Assembly: GCF_009914755.1 (NCBI RefSeq)
Contig: NC_060944.1
Direction: 5' to 3' (one strand)
DNA length: 64,000 nt
Origin: the human T2T-CHM13v2.0 reference genome, Homo sapiens
Shown piece after piece: positions 36,901 to 52,106 of the stretch; position 1 is the first letter of the stretch, and each line of letters begins with the position of its first letter. Position numbers and translations under genes: made by a program. The notes beneath the pieces were generated by a model. That model was not told the origin of the DNA. It did no database searches and saw nothing but the letters and a program-made list of their open reading frames with translations.

Positions 36901-37797
36901 AGCAGGAAACACTTTCCTTTTATGTATCAAAGTCTCCAATCCTAATGCTGTGCTGGAGAACTTGGACCTATGGTGCAACCTGGCAGTCAATGAATCAGGA
37001 AATAAGGGGTCAGCCTGATAGAACATTTAGGAGGGAGTGTGACTCATAGATGACAATGTCTTAAGAAGGTCTAGTATGTTTACTCTTAAGCATCAAGAAA
37101 CAAATGACGATTTTCAATACTCGGAGTATACTGGCAGAGGAATCCTGAATCAACTGGCATAGGTCTGCCACTGATGCAGGAAGTTGAACCTGGCAGCTGC
37201 AGCCAATCAGAGCTGAAGAACAGTCAAGTCAAGGTCAGGACCCCTCTTCCAGCCTTTGAGCGTTGGCTTCTGCTTCCCTCCCTCAGTCCTGATATTCCTT
37301 ACTACTTCCACTTTCAAATAACTGAATTACAGCCCCAGACCATCTTGTTCTCCCTTGGGCCACAGCAATGCAATCCACCTTCTTCTTAATCCTCCTGCAG
37401 CTCCAGCCTGCAGTTTCAAGACAGGTGCACAAAGTTCCTTAACAGTTTCCTCTCATTCAGACACAACTTCAATGAAGTGAAGTTAGGGAACAAAATCCAC
37501 TCTATCTACTGCCTCCTATCTTTGGTCCACTCATCTCTTATTGTCTCAAGTAGGGATTCCCTATTCTCATTCTTAGCTCTGTAGAACTCTGCTGCCTGGA
37601 ATTCCTGGCCCTGTCAGATGAAACGCGAGGGGAAAATTTAGACAGATACAAACTTAGCCATCATAGTTTTGGGTAAATTTTATATTCACAGTTGTCTGAT
37701 TTGGTACTGTTCAAAGCTTTTTATGACAAGATCATAATGACAAAACTTTTAGGTCTCTTGGCAGGGAAATCAAGAATGTTCTTGGAGCAGCTAGTTA

Positions 37798-37915
37798 TTT
37801 TATATATAGAGAGATATCTATCTATCGATATAAATAAAACATGTATACATATATATTTATATATAAAACACATATATACATATATACATGTAAAAGTCTA
37901 TGTTTACATATATTG
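37798..37915. repeat. TA-rich degenerate microsatellite
   Basis: Interrupted (TA)n/(TACA)n. Confidence 0.8.
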
Positions 37916-38149
37916 TTTATCTAGTTGTATGATCACTCTGCCCTTAAATGAGATAATTTGATTATATTTGAAATCATGAAACGTGAAACAAATATGAAAT
38001 CCAGATTGTTATAGCATGATGTAACTAAAAGATAATTAATTTCCAGATGTTTTTATTCCTTTTTATAGTAATCTTATTTTACTGCTTATACTTATTGACA
38101 TTTACTTTATACAAGCTTTGTTCTAATTTCATCTATCTCTCTAGAAAAT

Positions 38150-38315
38150 TATATTCTCACAGCAGCCCTGTGGGCTTAATGATAATATGACATCTATTTT
38201 ACAGATGTGGACACTTAAGATTGATCAAAATCAAGTAGATAACAAGTGTTAGGGTTGGAATCAAATCTAGACCTATTTATGGTCAGATTCCGAACTCTTG
38301 AAGAGTTCACTGTAT
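38150..38315 (-). mobile_element. MIR
   Basis: ATTCTCACAGCAGCCCTG...TATTTTACAGATGTGGACAC. Confidence 0.7.
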
Positions 38316-39439
38316 GGTATTAACTGACAGTAAGCACATTTAAAGCGTTCTCTTGGGCTGGGGCATAAATGTAGCCCAACTATGTTTGCATTCATTTCCA
38401 AACTAAATGTAGTTAAATTCAAAATTTTTCACAAAGGAGCAGTTAGGAGTTTGTCTAAATTTCTGATACCCTGTCTCTGAATGTGGTCCTAAAGGAAAAG
38501 AATCTGAAAATCCCCTTGTTTCTAGAGACAGGAAGTGGTTCTTGCAGGTTCTTCTTTTACAAGAATATTGGTCTCAGTAACCAGAACTCTGATTGCAACA
38601 TGTAATAAATTCAATATCACTGGCCTTTCCAAGACAAGAAAATGAGGAATAGGTTATTCATTTTGCTGAAGAAGAGAAAATTTTCAACTAATGTTTCTTC
38701 AGTAAGAAACCTACTTTGACAAAGAAGTAAAAGATATGTCAATAAGGAGCCATATTGCTGCTGTAGAAGATTAACATTTTGCATTGAAGTGTTGGTTCTG
38801 ATAATTTTAGTAAACTTTCCTGTTGACCCATCTCTCCAAAGTTGCTGACACTTTGGAATTGTGTCCCGGTGGCAAAACTTGTCTGAAAGATGAATCATGT
38901 TTTCAGAGTTTCTGTCTTCCCTGCTGTTGACAGACAGCAGCCCTTGTCATGCATTAGCAGGGCAAGGAATTCTTAAGGCCTTCTGTTGAGACCTTACTGA
39001 GTGAAATGCTTATTATTGAAGTCCCTGGCAAGAGAGCTCAATGGCTAAGCACCAGGCCACAGTCTACTGTACTCCCACTCTTTGAATCCATGGTGAAAAT
39101 AATACTCTTTGAAATGTGTTAGGAAGAGAAAGAAAACTGATGTTGGCTACCATGCTAATTACAGAGCTTACCAGTAAGATCTTTTAGCTTAGTCATGCAA
39201 GCTGTGCCTACACTCATTTATTCACTTAGCAAACATTATGAGGTCAATTTTACCAATTGTTAATGTCTTATGTATCCTGGATTTATTGTGGACTCTTTAT
39301 AGACAAACTTCTTGACTAATAGATCTATGATCATTTTTCTCTGACATCTAATCCATTTCCAACCCCTACTAATCTGGCTTTTGTCATCACAATTAAAAAC
39401 AAGCTTTGTGGTGTTTCTTTTCTTACCTCAACATCTCAC

Positions 39440-39935
39440 TGCTCTTTGGTAAATGGAACACTGATTTTGAGCTGGAAACACGGGCATTTTGAATAAAAGG
39501 ACTACATTCTCCATCCTTCATTGTGGTTAGGTATAACCGTTTTATATCTAATTGCTGGCCGATGAGAGATAATTAGTAGAAGCAGTGGCTTTGTTTTGTT
39601 TATTTTTTGTTGTTGTTTTTTGGTGGGAGCAGCTATATAAAGTCAGAGGATACTGCTGGAAGTGCCACTGTGCCTTTCTACACTTACCTCTTCTTTTGGT
39701 TTTTAGCAAACATGATCGCTGGAGATGCAGCAACTATCTTGGACAACAAGGTGACAAGAAGCTTAATTTGACAACAATACAAAAAGATAGTATCCTGTGT
39801 CCCTGATGACACCAAGAGGGTGCATGTAAGTCTTGGAAGCCTACTTCTAAATATTTGTATGTGAGAGAGAAATAAACTCCTATGCTAAGGCTACTTTTTT
39901 GTAAGGTTTTCTAGCAGTAAGAGATTACAACCTTA
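39440..39935 (+). mobile_element. MLT1J/K-like LTR
   Basis: GACTACATTCTCCATCCTTCATTGTGGTTAGG, GCTGGAGATGCAGCAACTATCTTG, GTGAGAGAGAAATAAAC. Confidence 0.75.
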
Positions 39936-40049
39936 CTGGTCTGAGGTATCAAAGAATACAGTTCAAGGCAGGTAAAGCAACCTAATATTTAGGAGAGAAT
40001 TCCTGGAATTAGGAGAATTGAAGAAAGGCTGAGACTACACTTAAGTATA

Positions 40050-43000
40050 AACCCTTCCTGAACACCTTACTGACAATTAAACTATACACGCCTATGGGAG
40101 ACACCAGAGGCCAGGCACAAGCACAGGTAAAAACAAAAGAAGTTTCTATTCTTAGAAGCTAGAACTACATTGGGTGAGATTTGTTACATTTTTGACTGAG
40201 AGCATGCTGAAGTGGCAGAATGCTAAAATCTTCCTATTCTGAAGTTAAAAAAAAAAAAAGAGAGAGAGAGAGAGATCTTGGAGCTGGCAGAGCAAGCTGG
40301 AAATTTACGTGGAAAACCTTAAAAGCAGGGAATCACAGAGAGGGTGAGTCCCAAAATCTATATGTAAACTCTGTCCAAATCCCTGGCTGACAGCAAAACT
40401 ACACAGGTAAAGGGGAGACCCAAAGGAAATAAAGGTAAAAATACAACTGCTGGAAACACAAAGAATTGAGGAGAAATAACAGCTGTTGCTCACTGCAGGG
40501 GACAGAGTTTGCAGTTCAAGAACATGCCAAGTACTATCTGTGAGGTTTTTTTTTTAATCCTCAGAAGAACATAAGAGCATCCAAATCACTAAGATATATA
40601 GACTTCAATATTTATCTTTCAACCAAAAATGAGTAGTCATGCAAAAAAATTTAAAAAAAGATGAGTATGAACCATATACAGAAGAAAGGAAGTCAATAGA
40701 ATTTGACTGAGTGTGCCTGATGTCAGATTTAGTAGAAAAAGAATTTTAAGAAGCTATTATTAAGGTTTCAACAATTAATAAAACCTATATTTAAATAAAT
40801 AAGGAAAATGTCTCGATAGTTGAAAAGTTAGAGTATATCATGAGTGAAAAAAGAAAAAAACAACAAAATGAAAATTATTGAACTAAAAATTAATATAACT
40901 AAGATGAAAAATAAATCACCACTACAAACTAAAGTGCTTCTTCACAGGAAAATAAACAATTAAAAAAATAAAAAGGCAGTCTGTTGTTTAGAAGAAAATA
41001 TTTGCAAGCCATATATCTGATAAGGGGTTAATATCCAAAATATATAAGAAACTCACATAATTTAATAGCAAAAAAAAAAACCTGATTAAAAATGGGCAAA
41101 GAATGTGAATAGACATCTTTCCAAAAAAGGCATAAAAATGGCCAACTGATATATGAAAATGTGTTCAATATTACTAGTAATCATCAGGGAAATGCAAATC
41201 AAAAGCACAATAGAACATCACCTCAGATATGTTAGGATGGCTATTATCAGATCGACAATAAATAACAAGAGTTGGTGAGGGTGTGGAGAAAAGGGAACTC
41301 TTGTATGCTATATATGGGAACGTAAATTGGTAAAACTATTATGGAAAATGGTATAGCAGTTCCTCAGAAAGCTAATAATAGGACTAACCCATGACCCAGC
41401 AATCCATCTGCTGGGTATATACTCAAAGGAAATGAAATCCGAACTTCATAGAGATATATAAATCTGTGTTCCCATGTTTATTGTACCATTATTCACAATA
41501 GACAAGATATGGGATTAACCTAAGTGTCCATCAATGAATGAATGGATAAATTGTGATATATCTGTGGGTGTGTATGTGTGTATGCATACGTACATATGTA
41601 TCTCAATGTATATATAATGCATATGTGTGTAGATCACAATTTCTTTATTCATCTGTCAATGACTACTTAATATATAATGGCATATTATTCAGCCTTAAGA
41701 AAGGAGATACTGCTTTTTATGATAACATGGATGAACCTAGAGAACATTATGCTAAGTGAAATAAGCCAAGAACAGAAAGGCAAATACCACATTATCACAC
41801 TTACATGTGGAATCTAAAACAAGTCAAATATATAGAAACAGGCAGTGGAACAGTGATTACCAAGATCAAAGACAGGGAGAAATGGAGAGAAGTAAGTCAA
41901 AGAGTACAAACTTGAAATTATATAGAAAGAATAAGTCTACAGATCTAATGTACTATAGTTAATAATATTGGATTGTATACTGAAAGTTTGCTAAGAGAGT
42001 AGATTTTAAGTGTTCTTATCATATGCGCACACACACACAAAAATAACTATGGAAGGTGATAGGTTAATTTGCTTCACTGTGGTAATGATTTACCTATGTA
42101 TATGTATATTAAAACATCATGTTGTACACCATACATAAAGAAAAAAATTACCAGGTTTGCTGAACAACAGATTGAAAATGACAGAAGATAGAATTGTTCG
42201 ATTTGGAGTTAGAGTAATTGAAATTATACAAACTGAAGAACAAAGAGTATAAAACCAAAGAAAATGAATAAGGCTCCAGAGATCTGTGGAAAAATGACAA
42301 GGAGTCCAACATACATGTGATTGGAGAACACAATGTGGAGAAAAGACAGAAGAAAATACATATTTGAGTAAATAGCAACTAAATTTCCCAAATTTGGTGA
42401 AAACCATAAGCTTACAGATTCATAAATCTCAATGACCCTCAAATAACATAAATGCAAATAAAACTACATTTAAACACATGATGGTCAAACTGGTAAAAAG
42501 CAAACATAATTTAAAAATATGAAAAGCAGTGAAAGAAACAATGGAACAATCAATAGTTTAGTTCTCATTGGAAATAGCGGAAGTGAAATAATATTGGAAT
42601 AAAATAGTCAAAATGCCAGTTTAAAGAAACCCTCTCAGGAATCCTATATCCTGTGAAAATATCATTAACATTATAGACAAAATAGAGAAAATTTCAGAAA
42701 AAAGGTTTTTCTGCAATTATTTATCACCAGAACAAGGAACATTTTCTAATTTATTTTAAGAGGCTAGCATTACACTAATACCATAAACAAGAATTAATTT
42801 ATTATTACAAGAAAACTAAAAATCAATATTACTTATGAAAATATAAGCATAAATTCTTTTAAAAATAATCAAATTGAATTTATCAATATATGAGACAGGT
42901 ACTATATCATAAGTAAATGGACATTATCCAAACAATGTAAGGTTAGTTTGATATTAAAATTTTAAGCTATATAAGTCACAATTTGATCATCTTAGTAAAT

Positions 43001-43050
43001 GCAGAAGAAGCAAACAGCAAAATTAAACTCTCACTCAGGATTTATAAAAA
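40050..43050 (+). mobile_element. Old L1M 5' UTR/ORF1/ORF2 remnants hosting a younger L1MA
   Basis: ORF1-like GAAATTATACAAACTGAAGAAC, CCAACATACATGTGATTGGAG, AATTTCCCAAATTTGGTGAAA; ORF2-like GAGGCTAGCATTACACTAATACC. Confidence 0.75.
40920..42139 (+). mobile_element. L1MA (MA8/9-like) 3' region nested in L1M ORF1
   Basis: ATATCTGATAAGGGGTTAATATCC, CATTATGCTAAGTGAAATAAGCC, GCTAAGAGAGTAGATTTTAAG; imperfect TSD GAAAAATAAATCAC/GAAAAAAATTAC. Confidence 0.9.
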
Positions 43051-43869
43051 TCTCAGAAAGCTAAGAAAACTTTTGGGTTGATTAAAAACATTCTGTCTCT
43101 TAATTGTGGTAGTAGTTTTTGGAATGTATCCATTTGCTGAAACCCATTGAGCTGTACACTTCAAATGGGTGCATTTTATATTATGTCAGTTATATTCCAA
43201 TATAGCTTGCTAAAGAGGAACCTCACAGGGAATATTGTACTTAATTTTGCAATGTTAGAACTCTTCCTCTTAAATTTGGTCAAATGAAAAATAACCAGCA
43301 CCATCACTACTTGCTGTAATACTGGAGAAACTTTCAATGGTGGCTAAGAAAAAACAAGTGAAATTTAGGGCTCCAAAAGAGAAAACAAAATAACATTATT
43401 TCACAGGCTTGACAATTTACTTAGAAGAGCGTAAAATAATCTACAAACTGTTGCAATGCATAAAAGAATTTAGCACCATTACAGCCTCAAGATCAAAAGT
43501 CAAAGGTCAATAGCATTCCTATGTCAAAATAAAAAAAAACTAATTAATACATAGTCATAGTCTATAATAAAGCCATATGTTTGAACTATTAACAAAATTA
43601 TTATCAATTTCCTGAAAATAACTCTTAAAATGATATGGACTTTTATGTACAAAACAAAGAAACTTTATCAAAGTACTTAGCTGGGGCCTGGTTTTAAGGC
43701 AAAAGTGGCTTTTGCAAATCAGTAAGAAAATGTGATTTTAAGAAGTAATTTTATATTCCTATGTCATACCACCAAAGAAAAATAAGCTTCAATTTTATTT
43801 AAGATTCAAATGTTAAAATGCAAAACTTTAAAACTACAATAAAAAAATCCTGGGAGAAAAATATCACTG

Positions 43870-44175
43870 CTCTTTGAACTTTCCAAGGACACTCATACCA
43901 CAGGACCTTCACACGTGCTGCTCCTTTTGTCTGAAATGCTTTTTCAAGATGCCCCCGTGCCTTGTTCCCTTTCCTCTGTCAGGTCTCTGCTCATTTGTCA
44001 TTTCTCAGTGGGACTTTCCTGAATCAGTCCATGTGAAATAATACCCCCCAGCTCCAGCACTTTTTCTGCCCCTATGTATCTCTCTGTTTATCATCACCTG
44101 AAATATTTACATTTTTTTTAAGGAAGGAGCTTTGTTTTGTTCACTGTTGCATCCTGAGAATCTGAAATGAATGTA
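43870..44175 (+). mobile_element. L2a 3' region within old L1 fragments
   Basis: CAGGACCTTCACACGTGCTGCTCC...CAGGTCTCTGCTCA...TTGTTCACTG...AATGAATG. Confidence 0.8.
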
Positions 44176-46369
44176 TTTTGAAAATATAAAGGGAAAAATA
44201 GCAAATGCCAATACTTGTTATATTCAAGTTATGAATTTTAGTAGTTCCCAACTAGTTTCATAGCATATATGCTGTTTCTTGTTTTCTGTTTTCAATATGT
44301 TTATGATTGTAATTAAAATGAAGAATAATATAAAAGATTGCAAGGATGTTACATGCCAGAAAATAGGTTAATATTATTCAGTGCATTAAGAGATGATAGC
44401 TAAGAAATCATTTGGATGTTTTGATGTCTGGCAAAAAAGTCACTTGATAAAATATAGCACCTACTTCTGAAAAATTAAAAGCAAAAATAAATTCCTTAAA
44501 ATATAAATATGTAAAGATTTGAAACTTGATAAAACAGAAAGTCAATGACACTCATCATATAATTTTAAATTTGTCATCCATTGCTATTAAAGTAAGCAAA
44601 TTGCTATGCAAACGAATTTTGAAATTCTAAACAATGCAATAAAATATGAAAAACAAATAAAAGTCTAAATATTTGTAGTGAAGCCATGACTCTAATTTTT
44701 TGGAGAAATAAGTAAATTTTTTCAGATAAATCCATGGAAATCAACTTTAGAGCTTTTAAAACTAAAATGTTAGGAAGCCATTTCACTGGTGACTGCATTG
44801 AAATCAATGATTTTCTGATGTCCAAGCAGTAACGAATGAGAAGTTCCAGATAGAAACAAACCATCTACAAGGAGCCAACAAAACAAAGGTATGCACACAC
44901 ACAGAGCAAATAAGCTACAAAACATTTGAAGATAATAGTAAGCACAAATGCTCAAGATTGAAGAAGAGCATTCAAGTTTAGTTATTCATGATTATATTCC
45001 CCAGGTCTGCCATATATTAGGTGCTTAATGAATATTTAAGGAATGAATACATGTAGAAGAAACACCTAAATATGTGTAGAGATTTAATCAGTTCTTCACT
45101 GGAAGACCCAACGTTAAATGAAGTATATTATTTCCAAAATTATGTACAAATTCAATGCAATGACGTTTCATTTGAAGTTGTGAGCCACATATAAATTAAT
45201 ACATGGCAAAGGGATATTTAAAACTTGTTGAAAATGTATTTATAATTTGGCTGACCATTTGTAAAAATAAGTCTTTTAGTTAGATAGCATTAAATAAAAA
45301 TAATGCTATCTAGGGTCTCTGCTTTATGCATTCATAATTATTAGTCATTTTTATGAATTGGATAGACTTTTATATAAAAATAAATGCTAATAATTGGAAA
45401 ATATTTAGATTTCTGGTGTCATTTTCATTTTATTATTTTAATAGAAAAGCCTATAGTGATTCAGCCTTAAGTATGACATTGGCCATTGGTATAAGAAAAA
45501 CTATACTTTAGATTGCTTATTATCTATTTCAATTTTACTTATAATACATTTTGTCATTGTTTATTCCTAAAGAATTTTCTGTTTTCATCATATCTCTTTT
45601 GAAATACTCTAATAGGATATTTTTTCTTCTATTTTCAGAAACCAAAGTATCACTGTTTTCTGTTTACTGTCAGCATTTATAATAAATCAGAATTTTATCA
45701 ATCCAGTAAATTAATGAGGAAGCCAGTCTTGTATTGTTTAAATAACTTATATAGTTTAGAAATTATCTATACCTTCCAAGATCAACGTTCTATATAAAAA
45801 TAAAAAACCACCAGTGATTATTCCTAAATCAAGTACAATTGAATTAAAGGCAATAAAAAACATTAAAGAGAGAAAATCCTGTCCATTTTGTACAAATAAC
45901 AAATACAATGCATAGTGCTGATATAATCATTATGAAATTTTATGTGCCAAATAAGTAATATTAAACTATATAAAGCAAAACGTGTAAGCAATAATATGAG
46001 ATGCTGGGAAATAAAGTTATACTAACAACCTTAACCACGATATTCTTTACTTAAGAAATATCAAGTAGATAAAAATAACTTTCACATCTAAGAATATGCT
46101 AACAACACAACTTATAGCAAGGAGAAATTTAAAAGCCATAATAATAGGAGAATCATTAAGTCATTATGATTGGTCAATAATACAGAATGCTATGCAGTCT
46201 TTAAAACGCACATTCCAAGTGATGTTTAGAGATATGGAAATATCACTGGAATGTCATTTTTAATTATAGTCTCTGGGAAATTTTAAAGGGACAGGAAACT
46301 ATGAACAAAGTGAACAGTATAATGATAAATATAACTATTTCTCACTTTTATCTCATTTTACATGTAGTC

Positions 46370-46412
46370 TGTCTCTCTCTCTCACACACAAACACACACA
46401 CACACAAATACA
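46370..46412. repeat. (TC)n(CA)n compound microsatellite
   Basis: Direct reading. Confidence 0.9.
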
Positions 46413-46419
46413 CTTCCTA

Positions 46420-48240
<1,821 letters not shown>

Positions 48241-48266
48241 TTACTGTGATTAAGAATGAGACTTTC

Positions 48267-48642
<376 letters not shown>

Positions 48643-48768
48643 TTAATTTTTGAGTTATACATAATATCTTAAATTCAGACACTTTTCTGGACTATCACAA
48701 TAGTAGTTTTAAGAATAATACTTTTAAGAAATGTATATAGTTGTCTTAATAGATTTAAGAAATGTATA

Positions 48769-49058
48769 TAGTTGTCCCTTCATGTCCATGGGGGATTGGT
48801 TCCAGGACCCACAGTGGATACCATAATCCGCAGGTGCCAAGTCCCTTAAATAAAATGGTGGAGTATTGGCATATAACCTACACATGGCTGCTCATAGACT
48901 TTAAGTAATCTCTAGATGATGTATATACCTATTAAACTGTAAATGCTATGTAAACAGTTCTTATTCTGTATTGTTCTTATTTGTATTTTTATTGTTGTTT
49001 TTATTTTTTCAGAATATTTTCCTGCAGATGTGGAACTTACATATATGGAGACCCAATG
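48769..49058 (+). mobile_element. MER2 (TcMar-Tigger MITE)
   Basis: TCCATGGGGGATTGGTTCCAGGACCC...CAAGTCCCT...CTTTAAGTAATCTCTAGAT...GTAAATGCTATGTAAA. Confidence 0.9.
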
Positions 49059-49522
49059 GAAACCTCCTGGGTTTTCTATGCAGACAATTATGTCTGCAAA
49101 TAATGAGTTTTCTAAACAAATTCCTTTCTGATTTTTTTTTTGCTTGTCTTATTACATTGCCTAGGAATAACATTATTATAATGAGTAGAACTAGTGATAA
49201 CAGTCTTTTGTCTTTTTTGTGCATTTAATGCAAATGCTCATCTTTACTATTAAGTGTGCTAACAGCTGAAGTTATCAGGTTAATATACTTCACCAGGTTA
49301 AGAAGGTTTGTTTCTATTTCTGTTTTGTTAAACTACAAAAAAAATCATAAATGAAAATTAACTTTTCCTCTTGATTTATCACATTTATTTAAATAAACAC
49401 AGTTATGATTTCTCTTTTAATCTACTAAAATGTTGGAGTCTTCTCTAATGTTGACCCATCATTACATATCTAAGATGTCTGAGAAATACACATTTGAGGT
49501 AAATTCTACTTGTTTATGGTTT

Positions 49523-50014
49523 TGTAACCATACCAGACAAACCTGTTTCAACTTTTATGTAAGAAAGTTGTGAGTTTTTCAGTTGCTATGGACCCCCACA
49601 CATTGACAGTCACATAACCTGAGCATGCCCAGTTGAACCAACTATGCAACCACAGTTGGAACTTAAGTGCTCAGACCAAGAAACAGGGACTTAATTAAGA
49701 CATGGATACCACATGGAACAATCCAGGATCCAATCAGATCAAGACTTGGTGTCACCTTATAGCAGGATCCTGTCAGATCAAGAGATCCATGCCTAGTGGA
49801 ATCATCTGATTTAAAAATCCAATCAAATCACACCTCATTACTCTATAGCTATAAGACCTGCCCCAGCTCTCCAGCTCAAGGAAATGGATTTGAGCCTTTC
49901 CTCCTATCTTCTTGCCAGTCAGCTTGCAGAGAACCTTTTCTTTTCTCCAAAGCCAGTGCCATGACATTGGCTTGTATGGGTATCAGGCAGTGAGCCCACT
50001 GATTGTTTGGTAAA
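49523..50014 (+). mobile_element. Solo LTR, LTR47-like (family tentative)
   Basis: TGTAACC start, TTCAACTTTTATGTAAGAAAGTTGTGAG, CCTGAGCATGCCCAG, TATA-like CTATAAG, decayed GGTAA(C)A end. Confidence 0.7.
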
Positions 50015-50411
50015 AAATTTTAAGTGACATTTAAAATTTTAAATAAAATGTGAATTTTGACTTGCTGACACTTATCTTGGGAGTTCTCCATGAACGTTCA
50101 TAATTCTGATTGACCTATAATTTTGTCTTATTGAACTGCCCTTGCCTTAGTCTGGTATTGATATTTTAATATTCTCTCAAAGACCTGAGAAGCTTTTCCT
50201 ATTTCTTTACTTTCTGAAGCAGTTTATAAAATAAGTGGATTATATTTTTCATCACGTGTAGAAAATAAAAAATTCTTGGCCCTAGTATCTTAACATTTTT
50301 CTAATAAAAATTAATTTTTATTATAAAAATTAAAATTTGTTATTAAAAATTTAATTTAATTGTAAAAATTTTTTATTATAAAATTTAAAAAATTATTACA
50401 AAAATTAACAA

Positions 50412-50698
50412 TTTTTTATTATACTTTAAGTTCTGGGGTACATGTGCAGAACGTGCAGGTTTTTTACATAGATATACACATGCCATGGTAGTCTGCTGCA
50501 CCCATCAACCTGTGATCTGTATACATTAGGTATTTCTCCTAATGCTATCCCTCCCCTAGCCCACCACCCCCTGACAGGCCTGGTGAATGATGTTCCCCTC
50601 CCTGTGTCAATGTGTTCTCTTTGTTCAGCTCCCACTTATGAGTAAGAACATGCGGTGTTTGATTTTTTGTTCTTGTGTTAGTTTGCTGAGAATGATGG
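50412..50698 (-). mobile_element. L1PA (PA7-like) 3' end
   Basis: TTATTATACTTTAAGTTCTGGGGTACATGTGCAGAACGTGCAGG...CATTAGGTATTTCTCCTAATGC. Confidence 0.95.
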
Positions 50699-51929
50699 AA
50701 AAATTATAATAAAAAATTTAAAATTTTCATTATAAAATTTAAAAATTTTATAATAAAAATTTAAAATATTTATTATTAATTTAATGTTTATCTTTTTATA
50801 ATGACCTTTTTCTTGTTGATTCTATTTTGGAATTTTTTTCTTACATTTCCCATTTTGTCTAACTCTTCTCATTTACTGCCATGAAGCTATTCTGATATCT
50901 GAAACCTCTCTTGACCTATTATTATTTATTCCTCTCCATTTCTTTTCATAATTAATTTATAATTTCCTCCAGTTTTTTTTCTTGATCTGTTTGGTTTATT
51001 TGTATTAGTCTTTTCTGCAGACTGTTTATGGTTTCACTGACCATGTCTAATACTATGTATATTTTAAAAATTTATTTATGCTTTTCTATTATTTCCCTCC
51101 TTCAGCTTTATTTACTTTTAAAATGTTTTCCTAGTATTTCTTAACTGAATGCTTATCTCATTAATTTTGAATTTTTTTGTTTCTAAAAGAATTACATTAA
51201 AGAGCTGCAATTCTCTTTAAATGTTAGTTTAGCTGTATCCCTCAATTATATATATAATAACTTCACTTTCATTAAATTCTAAATATTTTCTTTATTATAT
51301 CATTTCCTTTTCTTTTCTTGTAATTTATGATGTTTGTCAGGCCCTGCAAAGTTAATGATGTTTTAACCTTTCAATTCTTTCATGGCTCTTCATCAATTGA
51401 TTCATGTCTGCTCTCTTAGCCTATGTGTTCCCCAATGGCAGGAATTATCTTCATTTAATCCCCTGCCTAAGGCCCTGGTATAGTACTGGGCATACCACAT
51501 AGGCATAGATAAATAGTTGTCAATTTCTTACACCCATTCATACATTGATTCATTCATAAATGCAGTCATTCATTTAATAGATATTTCTTGAGTTTCTGAG
51601 AAGGTTATAAAGGTAAATGTTCTAGGCACTTAGATTGGTTATACTCTGAATATTGCTGGCATTTAGTAATCTGCGACATGATCTCATTTGTTTAAAGGTG
51701 TAATTCAAATATCAGCCACTATACAGATAACATTATTTTCCCATAATTATTTCCCCCAGATCTTTCATTTTGTTATTTTGGCTTTTCGTGGTAGAATCAG
51801 AGTCCATCTTATAAATTAATAATGCAGCATGCCATGTTGAGGTGATTAAAGAAGAAACTGTAGACCCTTTTAACTTTTCCTTTTGCTTGGATAGACATTT
51901 AAGTCTGTTTGATTTTAGTTGGGGTTTAT

Positions 51930-52106
51930 TTTTTGCTCTGCTGCCATTGGAATCATTTAGGATGCTTTTTAAATCACTATTATTTGAACACGAGCCCAGA
52001 TTTAAAAAGGCAAAAATACAAGATAAGTCAGATGTGGGCCTGGGCAATGATATTTTGTCAAAGGCTCTCAAATGATTCTACAGTGTACTTACGGCTGTAG
52101 CAATTG
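51930..52106 (+). mobile_element. MER5B-like
   Basis: ATTGGAATCATTTAGGATGCTTTTTAAA...GTGGGCCTGGGCA...TGATTCTA. Confidence 0.6.
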
